From Bacillus subtilis subsp. subtilis str. 168 (lineage in GTDB: Bacteria > Bacillota > Bacilli > Bacillales > Bacillaceae), in assembly GCF_000009045.1 (NCBI RefSeq), contig NC_000964.3:2010001-2042000 (forward strand): a DNA stretch of 32,000 nt, given 5' to 3'. The position numbers and the translations under genes are program-made. Shown here piece after piece: positions 19,384-29,609 of this stretch; within the stretch, counting starts at the first letter, position 1; every line of letters begins with the position of its first letter. The notes under the pieces were generated by a model that was not told the DNA's origin, ran no database searches, and saw only the letters and a program-made list of their open reading frames with translations.

Positions 19384-19413
19384 CCAACCCCCACCGAATA
19401 AGATGGGGGTTGC
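19384..19413. terminator. Intrinsic hairpin between convergent yozQ and yoaH
   Basis: CAACCCCCACcgaataaGATGGGGGTTG. Confidence 0.65.
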
Positions 19414-19428
19414 ACGTAAGTAGCCTGT

Positions 19429-21114
19429 TTAATATTTAAAACGATTAATGACGGTTTGAAGTTCTTCTGCCAACTGAGATAGAGATTCTGCGGCATAGGA
19501 GATTTCCCCCATTGAATGAAGCTGTTCCTGTGATGAATTTGCAACCGCTTCTGTATTTGCTGACGTTTCTTTTGTACCAGCAGCCAATGTATGAACTGTG
19601 TGCTGAATCACTTCAACGCCTGAAGTAAGCTGTTGAGTTGCTGCTGCAACTTCTTGTATTTGAGAAGTGACCTGTTCCACCAGGTTCAGTATTTCATTGA
19701 AATTTCCTGTTGTCTCTTGAGAAAGAACAATACCTGAGCTCACATTTTCTTGAACAACTTTAATATTATTTACCGTTTCTATCGATTCGTTTTGGATGGT
19801 CGCTACCACCGATTGGATGTGGTTTGCAGATTTATTTGTTTCATCCGCCAACTTCCGAACTTCTTCTGCCACCACAGCAAATCCTTTTCCTTGCTCTCCG
19901 GCTCTGGCCGCCTCGATCGCTGCATTTAGTGCCAACAAATTTGTCTGCTCTGAAATCGTCGTGATAAGCGAAGAGATATCGCTGATTTCTGCTGTGCTCG
20001 CTACCAATGTTTGCAATCCATTGCCGGCTGAATCTACAGATTTATCAATGAATTTCATCTGGTCTAACATCTTGTTGACGGACTTAGAGCCTATTTCAGC
20101 CTTGTCTCTCATCGAAGAAGAAAGATCCGCTATGTTCCCTGTATTTGAAGCGACTGATGATATACTGTCTAATAATTCAGTGATGGATTCTGCGCTCTTT
20201 TCTGTCATTGAGCTTTGCTTCACATTGCTGTCGGCAGCCATCTGCATGGCTCGTGAAATATGTTCAGATGTTGATTTCGATTCTTCCGCGCTTGCCGATA
20301 ATTCTTCAGAGGAAGCGGCGACTTGTTCAGATGAGCTGCTGATCTGCTTCACAATTTGAGTTAATGAATGAGTAAAAGAATTAAAAGATTGGGCAAGCTG
20401 GCCAAATTCATCTTTATTTTTCACAATGACTTTTTTGGTTAAATCAGCCTCGCCGTGTGCAATTTCCTCCAGCTGCTTATTTATGCTTCTTAGTGGCACC
20501 ATAATGGACTTTAACAGCATTATGCTTAGAACAATGCCTAATATTACTGATATCCCTGTGACAATGATAATGAGCGATTGACTCATTTTCCCATTGCCCT
20601 GTATTTCATCCTTTAGATCCTCTACCTCTTGATCCAGGCGATCAGACAGCTTATTGACAGCCGGAGCTACGCCTTCTTTTCTTATTGTTCTTTCTTCTCC
20701 AAAATGGATGGTTTCTGCTTTTTTAGGATTTGAAGAGTAGGCTGTTACTACTTGCTGATTCAAAGCTCTATACTGAGTAAAACTTGTCTTAATGTCTTCA
20801 ATATTGGATTGATACTTCTCTTCATCAATCAAGTCATTAACCCGGTCAAGGCTCTTTAAGACATCGTCTGCTTTTCCCTTCATACCCTCGTCGTATTCTT
20901 TGTCTCTGGTAATCAAGAAGCCTCTTTCATCATTTGATAACCCGGTCAATTCATATTGGATGTGTTTTATCTCTTTTTGGAATTCCATTTTGTCTTTAAG
21001 TTCTTCATTCTTTTTCACAGTAGAAGAAATCATAAATACTGAGGAGCCTCCAATTCCAATAATTGAAACAACTAATATTGATATAATCCCCAGCAATTTT
21101 GTTTTCACTTTCAT
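19429..21114 (-). CDS. yoaH: Methyl-accepting chemotaxis protein
   Basis: TM1, CHASE3-like periplasmic domain ([17 protein letters not shown]), HAMP ([25 protein letters not shown]) and signalling hairpin [32 protein letters not shown]. 561 aa from ATG at 21114. Confidence 0.94.
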
Positions 21115-21438
21115 GTGTCGTTTTCCCTTTCCGCACAATGTAATGGCTGAAATAAAATATGTTCAAGCGCGTTTGAATCCAATTCGCTTACGCTCATGTC
21201 CATAATATCGACACGTGTTATCAAGTTTTATAGTGATATTCTTATATGAATAAGCAAATTCTTTACGTCTCTGAACTTACAGAAAAACCTTAAGTAAAAT
21301 TTGCAGTCTTTTGCGGTATGTAAGTCACTCTTATTCGTTTTTCTAAAAAAGGCTTTTCCCACCTCAAATTGGCTGAACCGGCTGTTTTCTCGAAAATATA
21401 ATACAATACGCAGCATAATATGAAGGAGCGAAACTTAA

Positions 21439-22890
21439 ATGGGGATCATCAATGGTAAAGAATTCATTGACCGATTGAATAAACTAGAAAACGAAATATG
21501 GTATGATGGCGAAAAAATAAAGGGTAACATTTCTGAGCATCCTGCATTTAAAGGAATAATCAAAACAAAAAGCTCACTTTATGAATTGCAAACAAAGGAT
21601 GAGTTAATACATGAAATGACTTATTGCCTTCCTGGAGATCATAATCGAATCGGCCTTTCCTATCTCCAGCCTAAAACAAAAAATGATTTGAAAAAAAGAA
21701 GGACCATGATTGAACATTGGGCTAGACATACTCATGGAATGATGGGGAGAAGTCCGGATTACATGAATACGGTTATGATGAGCTTTGCTTCGTCAGCGGA
21801 GCTTCTAAAAGATAAAGAGAATTGCTTTCCTGAACATATACTAGATATGTATGAACAAGCTGCTAAGCATGACCTTTCCTTTACCCATACATTCATTACT
21901 CCGCAAGTGAACCGGTCACAGTCCTATTTTGGGCTAAGTGAAAAACCGATATCTGCTAAAGTCATTGATAGAACCGAAAAAGGTTTAATGATTCATGGCG
22001 CACGACTGCTTGCCACACAAGGCGGGTTGACCGATGAAATCTTGGTTTTTTCAGCGCCTAAATTTTTCTTTGAAACAGATGAAGCTTATGCTTTTTCAAT
22101 CCCTTCTAATACAAAAGGCGTAAAATTCATCACAAGAGAATCATTTGTATTAAGCGACTCTTCCTTTAATCATCCCTTAAGCTCAAGGTATGAAGAAATG
22201 GATTCAATTGTGGTTTTTGATCATGTGTTAGTGCCGTGGAATCGTGTGTTTTTTTACGATAATGTGGAAGCAGCTAAAGATTTTATGACAAAAAGCTCTT
22301 TTCATGCCTTTACCTTTCACCAGGTTGTCATTAGGCAAATGATAAAAATTGAATTTCTATTAGGTGTTGCACAGCTTCTTGTCGACACCATTAATGTTTC
22401 CGAATATCAGCACATCCAAGAAAAGCTCTCAGAAATCATTGTGGGATTGGAAACAATCAAAGCCCTCATTGACAAATCGGAAAATGATGCTCAGTTAGAT
22501 GAATTCGGCTATATGCGCCCCTGTTTAATTCCTCTTCAAGTCATCAGTACGATCATTCCTAAGCTATATCCTCGATTTACTGAAATCATACAATTAATTG
22601 GAGCTAGCGGAATGGTGACACTGCCTACCGAAAATGCATTTGACTCAGAGATACGGGAAGATCTTGACCAATATCTTCAAGCAACCAATACAAATGCTGA
22701 AGAACGTGTGAAAATTTTCCGTTTGGCATGGGATTTAACAATGAGTTCATTCGGAACTAGACAAACTCACTACGAAAGATATTTTTTCGGAGATCCTATT
22801 CGGATTTCAAGCAGGCTGTATACCAGTTATCCAAAGCAGGAGCAGTTGAACATGATTAAAACATTTTTACATGCAGATACAGAACATTGA
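21439..22890 (+). CDS. yoaI: 4-hydroxyphenylacetate 3-monooxygenase oxygenase component-like (HpaB family)
   Basis: 483 aa. Acyl-CoA-dehydrogenase-like fold with HpaB-type motifs (FMNTVMMSFAS, THTFITPQVNRS, VVFDHVLVPWNRVF, ASGMVTLPTENAFDS). Confidence 0.9.
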   Translation: MGIINGKEFIDRLNKLENEIWYDGEKIKGNISEHPAFKGIIKTKSSLYELQTKDELIHEMTYCLPGDHNRIGLSYLQPKTKNDLKKRRTMIEHWARHTHGMMGRSPDYMNTVMMSFASSAELLKDKENCFPEHILDMYEQAAKHDLSFTHTFITPQVNRSQSYFGLSEKPISAKVIDRTEKGLMIHGARLLATQGGLTDEILVFSAPKFFFETDEAYAFSIPSNTKGVKFITRESFVLSDSSFNHPLSSRYEEMDSIVVFDHVLVPWNRVFFYDNVEAAKDFMTKSSFHAFTFHQVVIRQMIKIEFLLGVAQLLVDTINVSEYQHIQEKLSEIIVGLETIKALIDKSENDAQLDEFGYMRPCLIPLQVISTIIPKLYPRFTEIIQLIGASGMVTLPTENAFDSEIREDLDQYLQATNTNAEERVKIFRLAWDLTMSSFGTRQTHYERYFFGDPIRISSRLYTSYPKQEQLNMIKTFLHADTEH

Positions 22891-22926
22891 AAAAACAGCG
22901 GGAAAAGATCCGCTGTTTCGTATTTT

Positions 22927-23625
22927 TTATTCAGGAAACTGAACATGGCCCGGTACTGTATAGGCTTTGGACGTTCCGCTTTCAGGCAGCTTTGGAATGG
23001 TGTCTTTCACAACTTTTCCGCGGATGTCAGTCATTCTGACTTTGAGAGAGCCAGTACCTAAATTCGTACTCACAAAATGGTTATAGTCCATTTTCTCCAT
23101 GTTGATCCACTTACCATCCTTTTCATATTCCATTTTCATAACAGGATACTTGTGATTTCTGACTTGGATTGCTGCCCACCACCTGCTGCTGCCTTCTTTG
23201 ATCCGGTACGTGAAATTGCCGGTGATTGGGGCTTTGACAACACGCCATTTAATATTGATTTTTCCGTCTTTCATATTGCCGATTTTACGGAAGGCATTAG
23301 GTGACAGATCAAGAGCTCCCCGAGCGCCTTCGGGATAAAGATCAGTAACATATACGGTTGTTTTCCCTTTTGGCCCTTCAACTTCCAAATAAGAGCCGGC
23401 AAGTGCCGCTTTTACTCCTCCGTAATTGAGATCCGCCGGATTTATTGCAGTAATCTCCATATCGGAAGGAATGGGATCCAGCAGGAAAGCTCCTCCTGAA
23501 TAGCCTGACCCTGTATACGTTGCATAACCTTCATGCAGGTCGTCATATGCTGCCGAAGCTTGCGGGGAAAAACAGAAGATCGTCAACAAAACCATACCAA
23601 CAAATGCACTCATGATCTTTTTCAT
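22927..23625 (-). CDS. yoaJ: Secreted bacterial expansin
   Basis: 232 aa with signal peptide (MKKIMSAFVGMVLLTIFCFSPQASA). Double-psi beta-barrel YTGSGYSGGAFLLDPIPSDMEITAINPADL...VYVTDLYPEGARGALDLS plus C-terminal CBM63-like domain; matches the EXLX1 protein as I recall it. Confidence 0.95.
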   Translation of the reverse strand: MKKIMSAFVGMVLLTIFCFSPQASAAYDDLHEGYATYTGSGYSGGAFLLDPIPSDMEITAINPADLNYGGVKAALAGSYLEVEGPKGKTTVYVTDLYPEGARGALDLSPNAFRKIGNMKDGKINIKWRVVKAPITGNFTYRIKEGSSRWWAAIQVRNHKYPVMKMEYEKDGKWINMEKMDYNHFVSTNLGTGSLKVRMTDIRGKVVKDTIPKLPESGTSKAYTVPGHVQFPE

Positions 23626-23894
23626 ATTTGGTCCTCCTCAAACCAGACTTCAAATGAGAATCATTATCATTATAAGACTCAATCCATCTGGTTTGAAAGA
23701 GGAAATAGATTCATAGTTGATTTTAAGGCAAATTCACTATCATTCATATATCAAATGTAGGTACTTATGAAAAAGCCAATACAAATGAACGAATGTGCAC
23801 TTCAGCCGAATGTCTTATTTTTCCCTCTCAAAATTCGCATTTCAATAACGAAATGAAACAGGCTGTTGGCCTGATAACAGCTATACAGGAAAAG

Positions 23895-24572
23895 CTATTT
23901 TTCCCCGCTCAGTTTCAACTTAGCTGTCATCATGATGCCAAAGATCAGCACAATCGGAACCCAAATAATGAAGTGATAAAAATCAGGCTCAGCCAGAGCA
24001 ACAATAATAGCCCCTACACAATACAAAATAATAGCCAGTGCTCTTAACACAGTATCTCTTAAGAAAGTCTTCTTTTGCTTCTTAAAAAACAAACGGCCGG
24101 ATATATCCTCTAAAAGAGAAGCCAAAGTGCCGGTCAACACAGTTGAAGAAATACCTGCAATCCCCAGTTTTTTTGCTGCTGTAGTTTGAATCCCCATAGA
24201 AATGCTCATGAGTATAATTAGAATGTGCACAGGAACAAATGCCCGGTAAAAAGAAAGACAAGCAAAGACAAACAAAATGAATGCTTCAAGTGCGAGGGCT
24301 TTTGTCACAGCAGAAGGCCAAAGGGTATTTTCCGCCTTTCCGACCATCAATGTAGCAATGATCACGCCGCATATAAATCCGATTAGCGCAGTCAAGGAAT
24401 TAAAAACAGTGACCTGAATGGATTTGCCGATAGCTAACCCCAATAATACAATGTTTCCAGTCATATTAGCTGTGAACACATGTCCCAGGCTTAAATACCC
24501 GATTACATCCACGATTCCAGCTGTTAAACATAAAAGTGATAGCAAGGTGTTTCGATAAGCTGCTGCAGTCAA
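23895..24572 (-). CDS. yoaK: DUF1275 / YoaK-family membrane protein
   Basis: 225 aa, multi-pass. LTAGIVDVIGYLSLGHVFTANMTGNIVLLGLAIG is the family signature. Confidence 0.93.
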   Translation of the reverse strand: MTAAAYRNTLLSLLCLTAGIVDVIGYLSLGHVFTANMTGNIVLLGLAIGKSIQVTVFNSLTALIGFICGVIIATLMVGKAENTLWPSAVTKALALEAFILFVFACLSFYRAFVPVHILIILMSISMGIQTTAAKKLGIAGISSTVLTGTLASLLEDISGRLFFKKQKKTFLRDTVLRALAIILYCVGAIIVALAEPDFYHFIIWVPIVLIFGIMMTAKLKLSGEK

Positions 24573-24744
24573 CGGTGTATCAATCCTTTCTTCTATTTCA
24601 ATTGTTAGTATGTCTTTTGGCGCAATCTCTATTTTTTAAGTAACCCAACATTAATTAGGAAGATAGAACCTATTATTCCTTTCCATTAACTGTAATAATA
24701 ATCCCCGCAAGGAAATGATTAAAATTGAAAGGAAGCATATTGTG

Positions 24745-25782
24745 ATGAAACGACTTTGTTTATGGTTCACCGTCTTTAGCTTGTTTTTGGTTCTCTTGCC
24801 TGGAAAAGCATTAGGTGCAGTCGATTTTCCGAATACCTCAACAAATGGCCTTTTAGGTTTTGCCGGAAATGCCAAAAATGAAAAAGGCATCTCTAAAACG
24901 GGCACAACGGGTGGAAAAAACGGGCAGATTGTTTACATTCAAAGCGTAAATGATTTAAAAACCCATCTAGGAGGATCCACTCCGAAAATTTTAGTGCTTC
25001 AAAATGATCTTTCCGCATCTGCGAAAACAACAGTTACCATTGGCTCAAATAAAACACTCGTGGGCTCTTACGCGAAAAAAACGCTGAAAAATATTTATTT
25101 AACAACTTCATCAGCTTTTGGAAATGTCATTTTTCAAAATTTAACGTTTGAACACAGTCCGCAGATTAACGGAAATAATGATATCCAGCTTTATTTAGAT
25201 TCCGGTATGAACTATTGGATTGATCACGTCACATTCTCAGGTCATAGCTATAATGCAAGCGGAAGCGATTTGGACAAACTCGTGTATATCGGAAAATCCG
25301 CAGATTATATCACGATCAGCAACTCAAAATTTGCGAATCATAAATACGGTTTGATTTTAGGATACCCGGATGATTCTCAGCATCAATATGACGGCTACCC
25401 CCACATGACAATCGCCAATAATTATTTTGAGAACTTGTATGTTAGAGGCCCAGGTCTGATGAGATACGGTTACTTTCATGTTAAAAACAATTACAGCAAT
25501 AATTTTAACCAGGCGATTACAATTGCTACAAAAGCAAAAATATATTCCGAATATAATTACTTTGGGAAAGGCAGTGAAAAAGGCGGCATCCTTGACGACA
25601 AGGGCACTGGTTATTTCAAAGACATAGGCAGCTATCCATCACTCAACAAGCAAACCTCTCCGCTGACTTCTTGGAATCCTGGGTCAAACTATAGCTATCG
25701 TGTCCAAACGCCGGAATATACAAAAGAATTTGTCACGAAATATGCCGGATCACAAAGTACAACTCTGGTATTTGGCTACTGA
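24745..25782 (+). CDS. pelB: Secreted pectate/pectin lyase, polysaccharide lyase family 1
   Basis: Signal peptide [24 protein letters not shown]; right-handed beta-helix; GSNKTLVG and WIDHVTFS (WIDH) motifs. 345 aa from ATG at 24745 after GAAAGGAAG. Confidence 0.9.
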
Positions 25783-25787
25783 TATAA

Positions 25788-25823
25788 AAGAGGCCCTGCG
25801 TTAAAAACGCTGTGCCTCTTTTT
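25788..25823 (+). terminator. Intrinsic terminator downstream of pelB
   Basis: AAAGAGGCCCTGCGTTAAAAACGCTGTGCCTCTTTTT: imperfect hairpin followed by T run. Confidence 0.8.
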
Positions 25824-26038
25824 ATACTATAGGCTATTTTTAAGCGATCCTTGTAATTCCATCAAGATCCAGCGTCGGTCAAACTAAAAAGCATATGTTC
25901 TTTTCCACAATAACTTCTTAACTGGCTTTCTTATTATACCAGTTTATCGCAAGTGAAAAGAAATCATTGTTCTGAACCTGTATTAAATGAACGATCGTCC
26001 CACAAACTACTTAAAAACCCCTAAAAAGGATGATGGAT

Positions 26039-26722
26039 ATGTGCGGCAGGTTTACTTTGTACTCTGCATTTGATGATATTATTGACCAGTTTGACATCGA
26101 TCAATTTTTTCCTAAAGGTGAATACCAGCCAAGCTATAATGTCGCACCATCACAAAACATCCTTGCAATCATCAATGATGGATCAAATAATCGCTTAGGC
26201 AAGCTTAGATGGGGACTTATTCCACCTTGGGCAAAAGATGAAAAGATCGGTTATAAAATGATCAATGCTCGAGCCGAAACAATTACCGAGAAACCGGCCT
26301 TTCGAAGACCGCTTGTCAGCAAACGCTGCATCATACCAGCAGACAGTTTTTATGAATGGAAACGGCTTGATTCCAAAACCAAAATCCCAATGCGGATCAA
26401 ATTGAAATCATCTGCTCTTTTTGCGTTTGCTGGCTTATATGAAAAGTGGAGCACACATCAAGGATACCCTCTTTATACCTGCACCATCATAACAACTGAG
26501 CCTAATGAGTTCATGAAAGATATACACGACCGAATGCCGGTTATATTGGCCCATGATCATGAAAAGGAGTGGCTTAACCCCAAAAATACAAGCCCTGATT
26601 ATCTGCAAAGTTTGCTGCTGCCTTATGATGCTGATGACATGGAAGCATACCAGGTTTCATCATTAGTAAATTCACCCAAAAATAATTCAGCTGAGCTTCT
26701 TGATGCAGAAAATCATATGTAG
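26039..26722 (+). CDS. yoaM: SRAP/HMCES/YedK-family abasic-site processing protein
   Basis: MCGRFTLYSAFDDI (catalytic Cys2), YNVAPSQNILAI, MINARAETI, RRCIIPADSFYEWKR, FAFAGLYEKW, HDRMPVIL: all SRAP motifs. 227 aa from ATG at 26039. Confidence 0.93.
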   Translation: MCGRFTLYSAFDDIIDQFDIDQFFPKGEYQPSYNVAPSQNILAIINDGSNNRLGKLRWGLIPPWAKDEKIGYKMINARAETITEKPAFRRPLVSKRCIIPADSFYEWKRLDSKTKIPMRIKLKSSALFAFAGLYEKWSTHQGYPLYTCTIITTEPNEFMKDIHDRMPVILAHDHEKEWLNPKNTSPDYLQSLLLPYDADDMEAYQVSSLVNSPKNNSAELLDAENHM

Positions 26723-26796
26723 TGATTGAAAAAATTCTCTAGCAAGAACTTGTCAAATAGCTTTGTTCCTTAGGTGCCAATCCCTCTAGTAATTAT

Positions 26797-26825
26797 GAAT
26801 ATTTAGTACATAGATCAATTAGTTA
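26797..26825 (-). promoter_or_regulatory. Third RTP-binding Ter-like site, about 18.4 kb from the rtp-proximal pair
   Basis: Top strand GAATATTTAGTACATAGATCAATTAGTTA; reverse complement TAACTAATTGATCTATGTACTAAATATTC matches KMACTAANWNNWCTATGTACYAAATNTTC at every defined position. Confidence 0.92.
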
Positions 26826-27062
26826 TCTTTAGCATCAGTTTGAAATAATTTTATTATGTAAACTTAAATAAGCAATGTTATTCCTTTCATATAAAATAGT
26901 TTACATTTTTATAAAATCGCTTCACTTTTCTATTTTGTCAGCAAAAAAACTGAACCACATTAAACTTATGAAACCTGCCGCACCTGTGGATTGCAAATAT
27001 GATATAAGCCCATAGAGGTAAATCCATACACTTTCCCTCCTAAGAATTAAATGAAATTTCTT

Positions 27063-27368
27063 TCATCTTACATGAAGGTCTTCTTTCTTTTGTTTATCCA
27101 GTGTAATACTTAATAATATGTTGATGAATGCAGCTGGAAAATATATAAATCCCACTCCAAGAATGCCTAGTATCGTACTTAAACTTACTATGTAATTCTT
27201 TGTCATCGTTTGACTGTCAATCAATATTAGAAGTGAAATCAATCCAGCTAAAACACCTATAAACCAAGCATCGCCAACAGCATAAGAATCATCCAGCATC
27301 CCTAACCATCGCCCCAATATAGAGCTCCCAATGGCAGTCAAACTGGATAAAAATATGAGTGCTTTCAT
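27063..27368 (-). CDS. Small membrane protein of unknown function
   Basis: ORF opens at 27425, but AAAGGAGGAGAAGAA precedes the ATG at 27368 ([23 protein letters not shown]), giving 101 aa with three hydrophobic segments. Confidence 0.75.
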
Positions 27369-27600
27369 TTCTTCTCCTCCTTTAAAGCCAATCAAACTGG
27401 TAGAAATCGGCCATTGAATCCCCATTATCGAATGGTTACCATTTCATTTCCACATTAACATTTTAAAGCTCATTACAATACGATTCAAGCAGAAAAACCC
27501 TACATAACGTATATATAGGGATTTAATAAAACACAGGCCAAAATTCAGCTCTATCTACTTTAAAAAGATATGAAGGGCAGCTGTGTGATCTGTTACGTCT

Positions 27601-28779
27601 TTACGTACCGGGATATTTCACAACAGGCACTTTCTTCTTGCGCAGAGAATCAAGCATGACTGATCCAGCATTCAAGTTGCTTTGTACTAATTCTTTAGGC
27701 GTCAATGCCATCCACTGATTGAGTGACACATCTGCATAGCGGTTACTTTTGAACATTTCTAAAAACCATAATGTTTCTGTACCAGTGTTTTGTATATAGT
27801 GTCCGGCATTAGAAGGCACGTATCCAACGTCGCCTGCTCTATAATCAAATGTGCGGGCAGTCCCATTTCCGATAAATACCGTCATTCGTCCCTGTCCTGT
27901 TAGATAATATTGCCACTCATCGCTATTGGGATGCCAATGAAGCTCTCTCATCGCGCCAGGCTCAATCTGAACAAGTGCAGCGGCTATCGTTTTTGAAATT
28001 GGGAAGTTAGAAGAATCCACAATTCGTACACTCCCCCCTGGCATTTGAATTGGGGGTTGATTTAACAGCTCGTGTTTAAAGGTCATGGGGACTTTTCCAT
28101 ATGGTGACTGAATGTCTTCACTGGCGACTGATCCCGGCACATTCCCTTGGTAGATATAGACTTGCTCAGACGGAAGAGAGTTGAAAGCATTCTCCGGGAC
28201 ACCGAAATTTGCAGACAGAACATCTTTTGGTGTGTGTGCAAGCCAATCTGAAATGGTTAACGTTGAAAACTCAGAAAAGTTCCCATCATCGAAAACGAGC
28301 AGAAACTCGCAGTGTTCCAATCCCTGTATGGAATGCGGAATTCCTGCCGGGAAGTACCAAAGGTCGCCGGGACCAACATCAGCAATGAAATTTCGTCCGT
28401 CTTGGTCAACAGCGGTGATACGTGCCCGTCCCAAAAGCATATAAGCCCACTCCGCTTGCTTATGCCAATGAAGCTCGCGGACGCCTCCCGCAGTTAAGCT
28501 CATGTTTACACCTGCAATCGCAGTCGAAATCGGAAGCTGTCTTACGGTGATTTCTCTTGACCAGCCGCCGTGATCTAATTTCATGGGAGCGTCTGAGAAT
28601 GAAAATCTCAAGTTAGGAATCATACCCTCATCTGTAACAGGCGGAACAAATATATTCGGATTTTGAATATCCCGTATTATATTTCGCGGGCCTGTATCAA
28701 TAGCTCCAGCTCCATCACTTCGAATAGGCTGCGGCACGTTTCTGTCTTCATGATTGATTGGTTGTTGTTCCAACAGCAT
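27601..28779 (-). CDS. oxdD: Bicupin oxalate decarboxylase, spore-associated type
   Basis: Duplicated cupin motifs ([18 protein letters not shown]...[16 protein letters not shown] and [21 protein letters not shown]...[16 protein letters not shown]). 392 aa from ATG at 28779. Confidence 0.93.
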
Positions 28780-28901
28780 GCACCTCGTTTTAGAAATGAA
28801 CAAGATTTTATTTCAGCCTATGCAGAATCTTAGATTGCTGTGCCTAGGAATCCGCAAATAAAAAAGTGACCACCAATGTGATCACAAATACATCAAATAA
28901 A

Positions 28902-29390
28902 CTATTTTTTATACCATGGCTTCTTATGTAATTTGATTGCTTCTGTCTGTTTTTTCTGGCCTGTCCTCCACTCCACTTTTACTAATACATCATGACCTAT
29001 CACTTCATCTTCAGGCATATAATCAAAGGTGGAAATATGGTCCTCCATGCGTCCCCCACCCGGCATTTCATCACCTGTGTACTCCGATAAGTCGTACTCA
29101 TCTACGTTATCATCTTGATACTTTTCGCCATCTACATACAGAGTAATTCTTTCAACAACAGTCCACTTTTCTTCCTTCTTACTCCCCTGCCAATATAGAT
29201 TTAGAAAATAATTGGGTCCAATTGAAGTTTTGTCTGATTTTTCAAGGTTAGACATCCACAGTCCGCTTTTCCCGCTGCCCTCATATTTCACTTTGTTCCC
29301 TGACACCATTACAAATAATGTGATGATGCAGATGATCAAGAATCCAGCAATGATCAATAGCCATTTCTTAATATTGTTCTTTTTTCTCAT
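28902..29390 (-). CDS. yoaO: Single-TM, extracytoplasmic protein of unknown function
   Basis: 162 aa from ATG at 29390 (GTGAGGAAAAAC upstream). N-terminal TM, then a soluble domain with charged residues. Confidence 0.78.
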   Translation of the reverse strand: MRKKNNIKKWLLIIAGFLIICIITLFVMVSGNKVKYEGSGKSGLWMSNLEKSDKTSIGPNYFLNLYWQGSKKEEKWTVVERITLYVDGEKYQDDNVDEYDLSEYTGDEMPGGGRMEDHISTFDYMPEDEVIGHDVLVKVEWRTGQKKQTEAIKLHKKPWYKK

Positions 29391-29609
29391 GTTTTTCCTC
29401 ACTTTCCTAACTTTTTAGTAGGAAAATACGATCAAAATGTTACCGAAAAGAAAATAAGAAAGGGCTAATGATCTAACAGATGACTGTCTAAACTTTTGAC
29501 TTAAATTAAAGTGCTTTCTAAAGACAAGATTAAAACGTATAACAGCTCTTAAATGCATTTTTTGTTTCATTGAGTCAAGAACCTTAAAATGGCTTTTTAT
29601 TATTAAAAA

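Noticed and set aside
19796-21205. Plus-strand ORFs inside yoaH (19796-20359, 20900-21205)
   Set aside because: Complementary strand of repetitive Ala/Glu/Ser coiled-coil coding sequence, a typical source of false ORFs.
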